This document shows positions 1 through 6,693 of a DNA stretch of 24,000 bases, one piece after another. The notes under the pieces were generated by a model. That model was not told where the DNA came from, did not search any database, and saw nothing but the letters and a program-made list of their open reading frames with translations. Numbering within the stretch: position 1 is the first letter of the stretch; every line of letters begins with the position of its first letter. This DNA is from Candidatus Caldarchaeum subterraneum (GTDB lineage: Archaea; Thermoproteota; Nitrososphaeria_A; Caldarchaeales; Caldarchaeaceae): positions 71,057 through 95,056 of the forward strand of contig CALHAG010000009.1 in NCBI GenBank assembly GCA_937934305.1, read 5' to 3'. The position numbers and the translations under genes are program-made.

Positions 1-52
1 GGTGTTGAGGCGTTTGATTAACCTTTGCTTGTTTACTCGGGTGGGTGAAAAG

Positions 53-60
53 GTTTAATC
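53..60 (+). promoter_or_regulatory. TATA-like box GTTTAATC upstream of the first CBS gene
   Basis: The same 8-mer occurs at 15834-15841. Its centre is 26.5 nt from the in-frame GTG at 83. Only 8 nt separate it from the GTG at 68, so 68 cannot be served by this box. Confidence 0.4.
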
Positions 61-82
61 ATGGATTGTGGCAAATGTTTTT

Positions 83-520
83 GTGCCTGTGTTTAAGCGG
101 TCTGTTAGGTATTCGCCTGTGAAGGCCTCTGACCTAATGTCTTATCCTCCTGTGGTGGTTTCCGAGGATGCTACTGTTGAGGAGGCTGCTAAAACGATGT
201 GGGATAACGGGGTTGGCAGCATCCTTGTTTTGGACAAGGATGGAAAGCTCGTCGGCATAATTACGGAGCGGGACATTCTTTACGCGGCGTCTCATCTGCT
301 GCTTGGTAAAGACCTCAAGGCAAAGTCCCTGATGTCGAAAAACCTTGTAACAGCCTCGGCCGACGAAGACGTGGCATCTGTTCTCGAGAAGATGAAGGAC
401 TTCAACATCCGCCACATACCGGTGGTGGACCAAGAGGGAAAGCCTCTCGGCGTCCTCTCCTCAAGAGACATCCTCGACTTCGGGGTGAAGCTTCTCAGCC
501 TCTTCATCCGCTCAACCTAG
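83..520 (+). CDS. Standalone CBS-domain pair protein
   Basis: The ORF runs 68..520. It has two CBS motifs (VGIITERDIL and LGVLSSRDIL, each preceded by a hydrophobic/acidic beta-alpha unit). The start is uncertain: GTG 68 is the longest option, GTG 83 is favoured by TATA spacing, and GTG 119 or ATG 137 are also possible. Confidence 0.8.
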   Translation: MPVFKRSVRYSPVKASDLMSYPPVVVSEDATVEEAAKTMWDNGVGSILVLDKDGKLVGIITERDILYAASHLLLGKDLKAKSLMSKNLVTASADEDVASVLEKMKDFNIRHIPVVDQEGKPLGVLSSRDILDFGVKLLSLFIRST

Positions 521-2284
521 CCTTGGAAACCTGTTGAGAAAACTTGAGACATCGGTGGAAGGCCTCAACCTACTATATTGCCTGAGGATTGTTTCGACAT
601 CGCATATTTCGCCGCGGTGTTTGCCCGTGGGGAGAGGTTCCTCGGTGAACTTTCTAGGCAACATGTATTCCTCGTCACTCACACCATACAAATTGTTCAG
701 ATATCGCTCGAGCCGCAGAACATTCTCCCCCACCCCGAGAAAAACATCGGCCACCTCTCTTCCATACACGGCGTCGAAGCCGTCGAGATAATCACTGATA
801 TCGAAGACGAGTCGTGAAAATGCGCAGACACCGAGCGAGTCTAGGGCGGCGACTTCGCACTGTTTCTGGTAGATGCGGCGGGCGATGGTCTCCTCTGATG
901 TATTTTCGTCGAAGATGGTTTGTATGCCGTATTTTCTGAAGCTTTGGACGAGGTTGGGATAGACCCAGATGTGGCAGCCGGCGCCATAGTTCTCGACGGC
1001 GTTTATCACTCCCCAGGCCTTCTCGGCTCTTGGGTCCGCGTTTTGAATGCTGATGTTCTTCACAGAGGGTGCCAGCTCTTCGGCTCCATAGTATCGCGCG
1101 GTGTAGGCGGCTCCGTGTCCGAGAATTACACCAATCTCCCCAACATGGCCCGTTTCATGAATAAGCCTACACATTTTCTCAAAATCACCCCATCCCAGCC
1201 TCTTCCCAACCAGCCCCTTCTCGGAGAGGTCCGCATACACCGCAAGGCTGTTCCCCATCTCTATCGGGTCAACACCCATCTCGTAACAGAGCTGCGTCAT
1301 GTATGAGATTTGCGCGAGGTCGAAGACCATGCAGTTTGTCCCCAGCGAAGATATCTGGGCATAGTCGGGGCCCTCACCTCTCACCCCATATGCGACGGTC
1401 TCGCGTCTGCATGATACCGGGCAGAAGCTGCACGTCATTCTCCTCACCAAAACAGTCTCGCTCATTTTTCTGCCGCCGACAAGTGGATACTTTTCGGTGG
1501 TTGTTAATGTGTAGTTTTTGACTGGAATGGCTTCGTTTGAGCCGAGGGCTTCGGCGGCCACCGCCGTGCCGTGGACAGCGAGCAATCCTTTTTCGAGGTT
1601 AAGAAGCGGAGATGCATCGAGCTTGGCCTTGAGCCTCCTCATCAGTTGAGAGTAACGTGTCGGATTCCGCGGAGGCTGGGCAGGTTTTTTCGTTCGCATA
1701 ACTATCGCCTTGAGGTTTTTCGACCCGAAGACAGCACCAACACCGTGTCTAACGCCGCTGCTTCGGCCCATGTCGTTTACGACCGTCGCGATAGGCAACT
1801 GCCTCTCGCCTGCGGGACCTATTGCAAGAACACGGGCATCACCGCCCAGAAGCCTCATAGCCGCACATGTCTCAACAGCACCAAGTCCACGCAACATCTC
1901 CACATCCACGAAAGATATCCCCTCATCAGATAAAACCATGGCTGAAAGCTTATCGAGACGACCTGTGATGTAAAGTGCCGAGTATCCGAGGGCTGCGAGA
2001 GTGTAGGCCGCGTATCCGCCTGTATGGGCCCACGCTATCGTCCCTGTCAGAGGCGACCTAAAGACGAGGGTTAGACGGTTTCCGAGCGGGAAGCCTGTTC
2101 CACCGAGGCTTCCGACAGCCAGAACCAGAGGACTCTCCGGGTCGAGCGCATCCTTCACAGAAGAGTTCCGAGCAATCAACCCCAAGCCGAGACATCTCCC
2201 ACCCCACACCCCCTCCTCAAACAAATCAGGAAACTCATGAACCACCACATTTTTCTCCGAAAGGTCTACTTCGGCTATCCTCAT
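512..2284 (-). CDS. Aldehyde:ferredoxin oxidoreductase family enzyme (tungstopterin, 4Fe-4S)
   Basis: The long ORF 512..2332 is about 600 aa. It has an AOR-type N-terminus (MRIAEVDLSEKN...GGRCLG), the cluster motif CSFCPVSC (CxxCxxxC) and a distal Cys in LGVCAFS. I placed the start at the second ATG (2284) because the AT-rich TATA-like element at 2310-2320 lies inside the longer version; 2332 remains possible. The subfamily (AOR/FOR/GAPOR-like) cannot be resolved by eye. Confidence 0.85.
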   Translation of the reverse strand: MRIAEVDLSEKNVVVHEFPDLFEEGVWGGRCLGLGLIARNSSVKDALDPESPLVLAVGSLGGTGFPLGNRLTLVFRSPLTGTIAWAHTGGYAAYTLAALGYSALYITGRLDKLSAMVLSDEGISFVDVEMLRGLGAVETCAAMRLLGGDARVLAIGPAGERQLPIATVVNDMGRSSGVRHGVGAVFGSKNLKAIVMRTKKPAQPPRNPTRYSQLMRRLKAKLDASPLLNLEKGLLAVHGTAVAAEALGSNEAIPVKNYTLTTTEKYPLVGGRKMSETVLVRRMTCSFCPVSCRRETVAYGVRGEGPDYAQISSLGTNCMVFDLAQISYMTQLCYEMGVDPIEMGNSLAVYADLSEKGLVGKRLGWGDFEKMCRLIHETGHVGEIGVILGHGAAYTARYYGAEELAPSVKNISIQNADPRAEKAWGVINAVENYGAGCHIWVYPNLVQSFRKYGIQTIFDENTSEETIARRIYQKQCEVAALDSLGVCAFSRLVFDISDYLDGFDAVYGREVADVFLGVGENVLRLERYLNNLYGVSDEEYMLPRKFTEEPLPTGKHRGEICDVETILRQYSRLRPSTDVSSFLNRFPRLG

Positions 2285-2309
2285 CCCTGTATGTTGTTGT
2301 GCTGTCCCG

Positions 2310-2320
2310 AAATTAATATT
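2310..2320. promoter_or_regulatory. Shared AT-rich TATA-like element AAATTAATATT between divergent AOR and aldo-keto reductase genes
   Basis: This is the only AT-rich block in the 57-bp gap 2285-2341. Its core ATTAATAT (2312-2319) is centred 26.5 nt from ATG 2342 and about 31 nt from ATG 2284 on the other strand. Confidence 0.4.
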
Positions 2321-2341
2321 GCTGGTGAACATTGACTTGTC

Positions 2342-3313
2342 ATGCTTTACAAGGAGCTTGGCCGGACGGGTGAGAGGGTTTCGGTTGTTTGGCTGGGTAC
2401 GTGGCAGTTTGGCTCCGGCTCATGGGGATTTGGTAAAAGCTATGGTGAAAAAGAGTGTCTCGAGGCTGTTTACGCCTCGGTGGAGGCCGGGGTCAACGTG
2501 ATTGACACGGCTGAGGTGTATGGTGGAGGTGTTTCGGAGAAAATTGTTGGGAAAGCGGTTAAGGAGCTTGGAGACAGGGTGTTGATTGCTACGAAGGTTG
2601 CGCCTCATCACCTAACGTACAACGGCGTCATCGAGGCATGTGAGAGAAGCCTCAACAGGCTCGGCGTCAAGACAATCGACCTCTACCAAATCCACTTCCC
2701 AAACCCGCTTATCCCAATCACCCAGACTATGCGGGCGATGGAGCATCTCGTCAAAACGGGTAAAATCCGCTACATCGGAGTAAGCAACTTCTCACTGGGC
2801 CAACTCATCAAAGCCCGCCAAGCACTCAAAAGCGAGGATATCGTCTCCAACCAAGTCCGCTACAACCTTCTCCAGCGCCAGCCAGAAAACCATCTTCTTC
2901 CATACTGCATCCGCGAAAAAATCAACATACTCGCCTACAGCCCTCTCGCACAAGGGCTTCTAACAGGCAAATACACATCAACCAACCCGCCGAGAGACAT
3001 CATAAGAAGAATAAACCCACTCTACACAAGGAGATACCTCAGGCGTATCGAGCCTTTGTTGACGGAGCTACGTAATCTGGGTGAGAAATATGGGGCCTCT
3101 GTGGGGCAGGTTGCTTTGGCATGGGTCTTCGCGCATGAGGGCTGTGTCGCCATCGCGGGGGCTAAGAACAGGGAGCAGGCTCTCAACAACGCGGCCGCAG
3201 GAAATATTCAGCTGACAAGTGATGAGATGGAGAAGCTCAACAAGCTAAGCATGCAAACCCGACCCGGAGCCATGGAGATTATCCAGACAATACCGCGGAT
3301 ACTAGGGTTCTGA
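2342..3313 (+). CDS. Aldo/keto reductase
   Basis: The AKR catalytic tetrad contexts are all present: VIDTAEVYG (Asp, Tyr), LIATKV (Lys) and DLYQIHFPN (His). At 323 aa the length is typical. Confidence 0.9.
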   Translation: MLYKELGRTGERVSVVWLGTWQFGSGSWGFGKSYGEKECLEAVYASVEAGVNVIDTAEVYGGGVSEKIVGKAVKELGDRVLIATKVAPHHLTYNGVIEACERSLNRLGVKTIDLYQIHFPNPLIPITQTMRAMEHLVKTGKIRYIGVSNFSLGQLIKARQALKSEDIVSNQVRYNLLQRQPENHLLPYCIREKINILAYSPLAQGLLTGKYTSTNPPRDIIRRINPLYTRRYLRRIEPLLTELRNLGEKYGASVGQVALAWVFAHEGCVAIAGAKNREQALNNAAAGNIQLTSDEMEKLNKLSMQTRPGAMEIIQTIPRILGF

Positions 3314-3347
3314 AAAACATATCTACTTCCGCGAATGTTTTGAGCCG

Positions 3348-4181
3348 TTGAAGAAGCTGGCAATCGGTTACATACTGTCAACCTTCAACTGCTTATCTCT
3401 GACACCTCTCGCTATCTATCTACTGTTTCCCGCGATGGTGACATATCCTGTTTCGATTGTTTTGCGCGCGCTGGGATGGCGGGATGTTAGACGTGGAACG
3501 GGAGTGGGCTCGGCCTTATACGCTGTCATATTTTCGCTTGGGGTTGTCACGTTTCTGCTCATCCTGCTAACTTTCACCGAGGCACTGCCCCGTGAAGCCC
3601 TCCAAATCGCCGCCCTAAGCTGGACCCTCTACTCAGTCGCTGAACTGTATCTCTACAACTCAGCCGCAAGAAACCTTGGAGCAAGAACCTTTCACCTTGC
3701 ATCGGTCAACATCATCGGCGTCGTCTCCATAGACTATGTTGCGTTCACTGTGTTGCCCGGGTCTGTGCAGAGTTTTCCCGAGGATGTAGGCGGGTTTCTC
3801 TACCTGGGTGCGGGCGTGCTAATCGTCTCCGCTCTAGCTGCCGCGGTAGCGTCAAGCAAAATCAACATAACCCGGTCCAGAACTCTGCAAAACATTCCAA
3901 AGCTCCCGCCTGCAGGAAACATTTCATCAACCCAGAGACAGGCGCAGCCCCTCCTCAAGCTGGAGCCTCTCAGAGAAGGCGTCCAAAAAACATGCCCAAA
4001 ATGCAGAACAATTAACCCCTTGAAAGCAAGAACATGCAGTGGATGTGGAGCCGCCCTAGCAGTGGAAATCGGGCTAAAATGCCCCGTATGCGACGCGCCC
4101 TTCGCCTATGCAAAAAAGCTGAGGATGGACCGCTACATCTGCGGCGTATGCGGCTCAACACTAGTAGTCAAACCAGTGTAG
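3348..4181 (+). CDS. Polytopic membrane protein with C-terminal double zinc ribbon
   Basis: The first roughly 170 aa contain about 5-6 hydrophobic helices. The C-terminus has CPKC...CSGC and CPVC...CGVC, two CxxC-(n)-CxxC ribbons. The start is TTG at 3348, and no in-frame ATG occurs until after the first helix. Confidence 0.6.
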   Translation: MKKLAIGYILSTFNCLSLTPLAIYLLFPAMVTYPVSIVLRALGWRDVRRGTGVGSALYAVIFSLGVVTFLLILLTFTEALPREALQIAALSWTLYSVAELYLYNSAARNLGARTFHLASVNIIGVVSIDYVAFTVLPGSVQSFPEDVGGFLYLGAGVLIVSALAAAVASSKINITRSRTLQNIPKLPPAGNISSTQRQAQPLLKLEPLREGVQKTCPKCRTINPLKARTCSGCGAALAVEIGLKCPVCDAPFAYAKKLRMDRYICGVCGSTLVVKPV

Positions 4182-4186
4182 ATAGA

Positions 4187-4482
4187 GGGTGTGCGGCTCA
4201 TAGTCCTCCTTCTGTTTAGGCGGGATTTGTCTCATCGGCTTCCGCCAGGCATCGGGGAGGCTGCTCACAGCCCAGCGGCCTTTCCCGCCGCGGGTCGCCC
4301 GTTTCAACCAATCCACCACGCTCCTCATCGGCTTAGGCGCCGAGTCATGGCCACTGCGTGGTGGAGGTCTCGTTTCTGCGGCGTTGCCAAGGGTCTCCCC
4401 CTGCGCCTCGCGGCGCCGCGGCGCCTCCCACGGGGAAGGAACTTCCTCCGGAGCTCCCGGTGACCCGCCCGGCCGCTCACCC
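4187..4482 (-). ncRNA. rnpB: RNase P RNA (archaeal type A-like)
   Basis: All elements read on the minus strand. P1 is GGGUGAGCGGC (4482-4472) paired with GCCGCACACCC (4197-4187). P2 is GGGCGGG (4470-4464) with CCCGCCU (4224-4218). A CR-I-like GGAGGAAGUUCC is present. P4 pairs AGU-UCCUUC (4443-4435) with GAAGGA-GG-ACU (4212-4202) and crosses P2 as in the canonical pseudoknot. There is a P9-like GGG-GAGA-CCC (4400-4391). A 9-bp P12 base, CCACCACGC (4364-4356) with GCGUGGUGG (4321-4313), is flanked by CAGAAACGAGACC and UUGAAACGGG (CR-II/III-like). ACAGAA precedes the P4 3' strand, as in E. coli ACAGAACCCGGCUUA. A hand count gives 77 G+C per 100 nt. Confidence 0.85.
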
Positions 4483-4570
4483 AAAAAACAATGTAGAGCG
4501 GCAACTCTTAATTCTATCTACCAACAAACACATCCGCAAGACAACAACGCCTCAAGATAGTGTAAGTAAA

Positions 4571-4945
4571 TTATTCGGATGATACCGCCTTTTCTAGTTC
4601 TTCGAGCGCCTCTCTTAGGTGCACCGTGTTGAACCTATATTGTCCATGGCCGAAGTAAACGATGTATTTGCTCCTGTCCACTAAGCTTTGGAGATCACTC
4701 CCCCTTAAGCCACTTAGAACAGCCAAGTCGCCGAGAGTAAGGCTCGGGGTAGCATCTGTCTTTATCTTAGCGACTACCAGTTTTCCAATCATGTATGCGA
4801 GAACTTTATACAGAGCTATATCGGTGTAGAATTTAAGCAAAACCGCGCCATCCTCAGCAATCGCAATAAACTTTTTCAACCTTGCAATTTCTGAGATCAA
4901 AACCTCAGATTCATCTATCATCAATTCCTTTAGGCCATTATTCAT
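4571..4945 (-). CDS. Hypothetical protein, winged-helix-like, paralog of the upstream gene
   Basis: This 124-aa ORF aligns along its length with the 138-aa neighbour: ARLKKFIAIAEDGAVLL vs ERVKRFIRFTNKGQIVF; YMIGKLVVAK vs YLLGKRLARE; GQYRF vs GEYIM; LEELEKA vs LDRLETM. The C-terminal half has an HTH-plus-wing pattern. I recognise no family. Confidence 0.6.
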   Translation of the reverse strand: MNNGLKELMIDESEVLISEIARLKKFIAIAEDGAVLLKFYTDIALYKVLAYMIGKLVVAKIKTDATPSLTLGDLAVLSGLRGSDLQSLVDRSKYIVYFGHGQYRFNTVHLREALEELEKAVSSE

Positions 4946-4951
4946 GCGGCT

Positions 4952-5368
4952 TCACACTTTTTCTTTAATCATTGTCTCCAACCTGTCCAGAATCTCGTTA
5001 AGCCGCGCAAAAACCATGATGTATTCACCACGTTCAACGGACAAAACGTAGTGTTGAGTTTTTAGGTCCGAAAGCCTTGCAGCGACCTGAAAATAATCAG
5101 CGCCAAGCCCATTGCTTATCTCTTCTATCGACGCTGAGTCCTTTTCACCCAGCCCAGCCTCCCGAGCCAATCTTTTACCTAGGAGATACAGTAGTATCTG
5201 GTCCCGAAGAGGCAATTTCTCCCTCGGAGCCACAAAAACTATCTGACCTTTATTTGTGAACCTAATAAATCTCTTAACCCTCTCAATCTGCTCGGATGTA
5301 ATCTCCTCCTCTAACAAGAGCTCCCGCTTTAACTTTTCTTTCAAATCTTCTTTTTTTTCCACGACCAT
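4952..5368 (-). CDS. Hypothetical protein, winged-helix-like, paralog of the downstream gene
   Basis: This 138-aa ORF has a highly charged N-terminus (EKKEDLKEKLKRELLLEEE). Its putative HTH is SIEEISNGLGADYFQVAARLSDLKTQHYVLSVERGEY. A 6-nt gap separates it from the next gene on the same strand. Confidence 0.6.
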   Translation of the reverse strand: MVVEKKEDLKEKLKRELLLEEEITSEQIERVKRFIRFTNKGQIVFVAPREKLPLRDQILLYLLGKRLAREAGLGEKDSASIEEISNGLGADYFQVAARLSDLKTQHYVLSVERGEYIMVFARLNEILDRLETMIKEKV

Positions 5369-5447
5369 ACCGATATTTAGGAAAAAATTAAACTTTGCTA
5401 GTAGAAGCGCTGTTTCGGCTGTTTGTATGATTGTTAGGCGGCGTGTG

Positions 5448-5849
5448 TTATTCGATTTTTATTTTTGTTCCTCGTGTTTTTTTCTTTGATACTCGGATTT
5501 CGAGTACTCCTTGGATGTATCTTGCCTTGATGTTTGATGTGTCGATTGCTGTGGGGAGCTCTATCATGAGTCTGTAACGGTTTCCATATCGTGCGGATGG
5601 TATGTCTTGTCTACAGGGCGCCTCCACTATTATGCGGTTTTCGTCGGCGTAGAGGTCTATTTTCTCTTTGTCGGCGCCTGGCATGTCGATTGTTATGACA
5701 TATTGGTCCTCGGTGTCCATTACATGGTGTAGAGGCATCAGGCATCCTGTTCTCATCTCCGCCTCCTTAATCATCCGCATCGTCCGCTCCATCTCATCCT
5801 CCATCCGCCGCTGAATTCTTCTCAACCACTCCCAGGGAGACTCGGACAT
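5448..5849 (-). CDS. hsp20: Small heat-shock protein, Hsp20/alpha-crystallin family
   Basis: Alpha-crystallin domain pattern: YVITIDMPGADKEKIDLYADENRIIVEA ... ARYIQGVLEIRVSK. The 133-aa length is typical. Confidence 0.85.
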   Translation of the reverse strand: MSESPWEWLRRIQRRMEDEMERTMRMIKEAEMRTGCLMPLHHVMDTEDQYVITIDMPGADKEKIDLYADENRIIVEAPCRQDIPSARYGNRYRLMIELPTAIDTSNIKARYIQGVLEIRVSKKKTRGTKIKIE

Positions 5850-5854
5850 TTTTT

Positions 5855-5861
5855 CTCACCT
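5855..5861 (-). promoter_or_regulatory. Shine-Dalgarno-like AGGTGAG upstream of hsp20, overlapping the PAC2 stop codon
   Basis: The minus strand reads AGGUGAG-AAAAA-AUG. GGUGA is complementary to the usual archaeal 16S 3' end. Only 6 nt separate the two CDSs. Confidence 0.45.
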
Positions 5862-6596
5862 GTAGACAGGCGGAAGCTCCATCTCACGGGATTTCTGAAC
5901 CATGGCCTCCGCGGTCCGTCTCATCAGGTCACGTAGCTGTATTCTAATGTTTTCCTCGCTCTCTAAAAGTGGTTTGACGTCAACATGCTCGTTCACTAGC
6001 TTGGGCAGCCGCGTAAGTAGCTGAGCCGCTGCGCCTGGGTCGGGGTAGTTGAGATGAGCCTGTGCCAACAATATGTTAACCTCAACATCTCTTCTTAGAC
6101 CCTGTCTAAGTATCTCAGCGTGCACGCCCGTGATGAAGCCTTCCTGAAAAACTTCGGCATCGAGAAACTTGGCCAGCTCCTCGGCTCTCTTCAGCTCAGA
6201 AGATAAAATAAACACCTTGGGTGTATCTATCTCCAGACGCCTCGGCTCAGCCACGCCCGTCAAACACCCAACCCATCCCAATTTCTTATCAACCACCCAG
6301 TCGACCAAAGCCTCGGAAAAGTCTCTTATCAGCATCGGCGGAATAGGCAGCTCTGAGAGAATGGTGAGAAAATTGCTTGATTCATATATTCGGATAAGCT
6401 CCTTGGGGTACCCTCTTCTGACAGGGACGATGGGCGGAAGCTCGGCTGAGTCGACGTACCCCTTTTCCTCAGGCCTCAGCTGCTCAACCATGTAGGACAC
6501 AGCTATGGACCCGGCCAAACCTGTGTCCGGAAAACCTAGCAGCAACGGTTTACCTGTCGAAGTTACATTATCCACGAACTCGAAAACTCTTTTCAT
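5856..6596 (-). CDS. PAC2-family protein (proteasome assembly chaperone-like, PbaA/PbaB type)
   Basis: The N-terminus PLLLGFPDTGLAGSIAVSYMVEQL and the roughly 245-aa length match the archaeal PAC2 (COG1938-type) pattern. This is recognition by eye only. Confidence 0.7.
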   Translation of the reverse strand: MKRVFEFVDNVTSTGKPLLLGFPDTGLAGSIAVSYMVEQLRPEEKGYVDSAELPPIVPVRRGYPKELIRIYESSNFLTILSELPIPPMLIRDFSEALVDWVVDKKLGWVGCLTGVAEPRRLEIDTPKVFILSSELKRAEELAKFLDAEVFQEGFITGVHAEILRQGLRRDVEVNILLAQAHLNYPDPGAAAQLLTRLPKLVNEHVDVKPLLESEENIRIQLRDLMRRTAEAMVQKSREMELPPVYR

Positions 6597-6684
6597 GTCG
6601 GCACAGTTTCATAAATGATATACCAAACTATATTCTTGTCGTTTTCAAAAAAGCTTAAATTATTTTTGCCTTTTTTATTCTTTC

Positions 6685-6690
6685 GGAGGA
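6685..6690 (+). promoter_or_regulatory. Shine-Dalgarno-like GGAGGA upstream of the acs TTG start
   Basis: GGAGGA lies 3 nt before TTG 6694. No in-frame ATG exists for more than 140 codons downstream, so a non-ATG start is required. Confidence 0.45.
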
Positions 6691-6693
6691 AAT

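Noticed and set aside
534-1973. Plus-strand ORFs inside the AOR gene (for example 920..1306 and 1571..1933)
   Set aside because: They are shadow ORFs antisense to a 590-600-aa gene with unmistakable AOR-family motifs.
4187-4482. SRP (7S) RNA as an alternative identity for the GC-rich structured RNA
   Set aside because: It also has paired termini and a GGAA tetraloop. However, neither strand contains the universal helix-8 motif (GGAAGG-AGCA-type symmetric loop next to the GNAR loop). The crossing P2/P4 pairings and the CR-I/II/III/V-like strings fit RNase P instead.
4161-4582. ORFs 4161..4484 (-, 107 aa), 4191..4463 (+, 90 aa) and 4358..4582 (+, 74 aa) as protein genes
   Set aside because: All three are Pro/Arg/Gly/Ala-rich translations of one GC-rich block, readable on both strands. 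That block is fully explained by the RNase P RNA secondary structure. None has a domain-like pattern or a convincing start context.
4571-4945. HEPN-like Rx4H motif (RFNTVH) suggesting a HEPN/MNT toxin-antitoxin pair
   Set aside because: The motif is not conserved in the paralog (IMVFAR at the aligned position). Neither protein has a nucleotidyltransferase GS...DxD motif. The surrounding sequence looks like the wing of a wHTH rather than a HEPN four-helix bundle.
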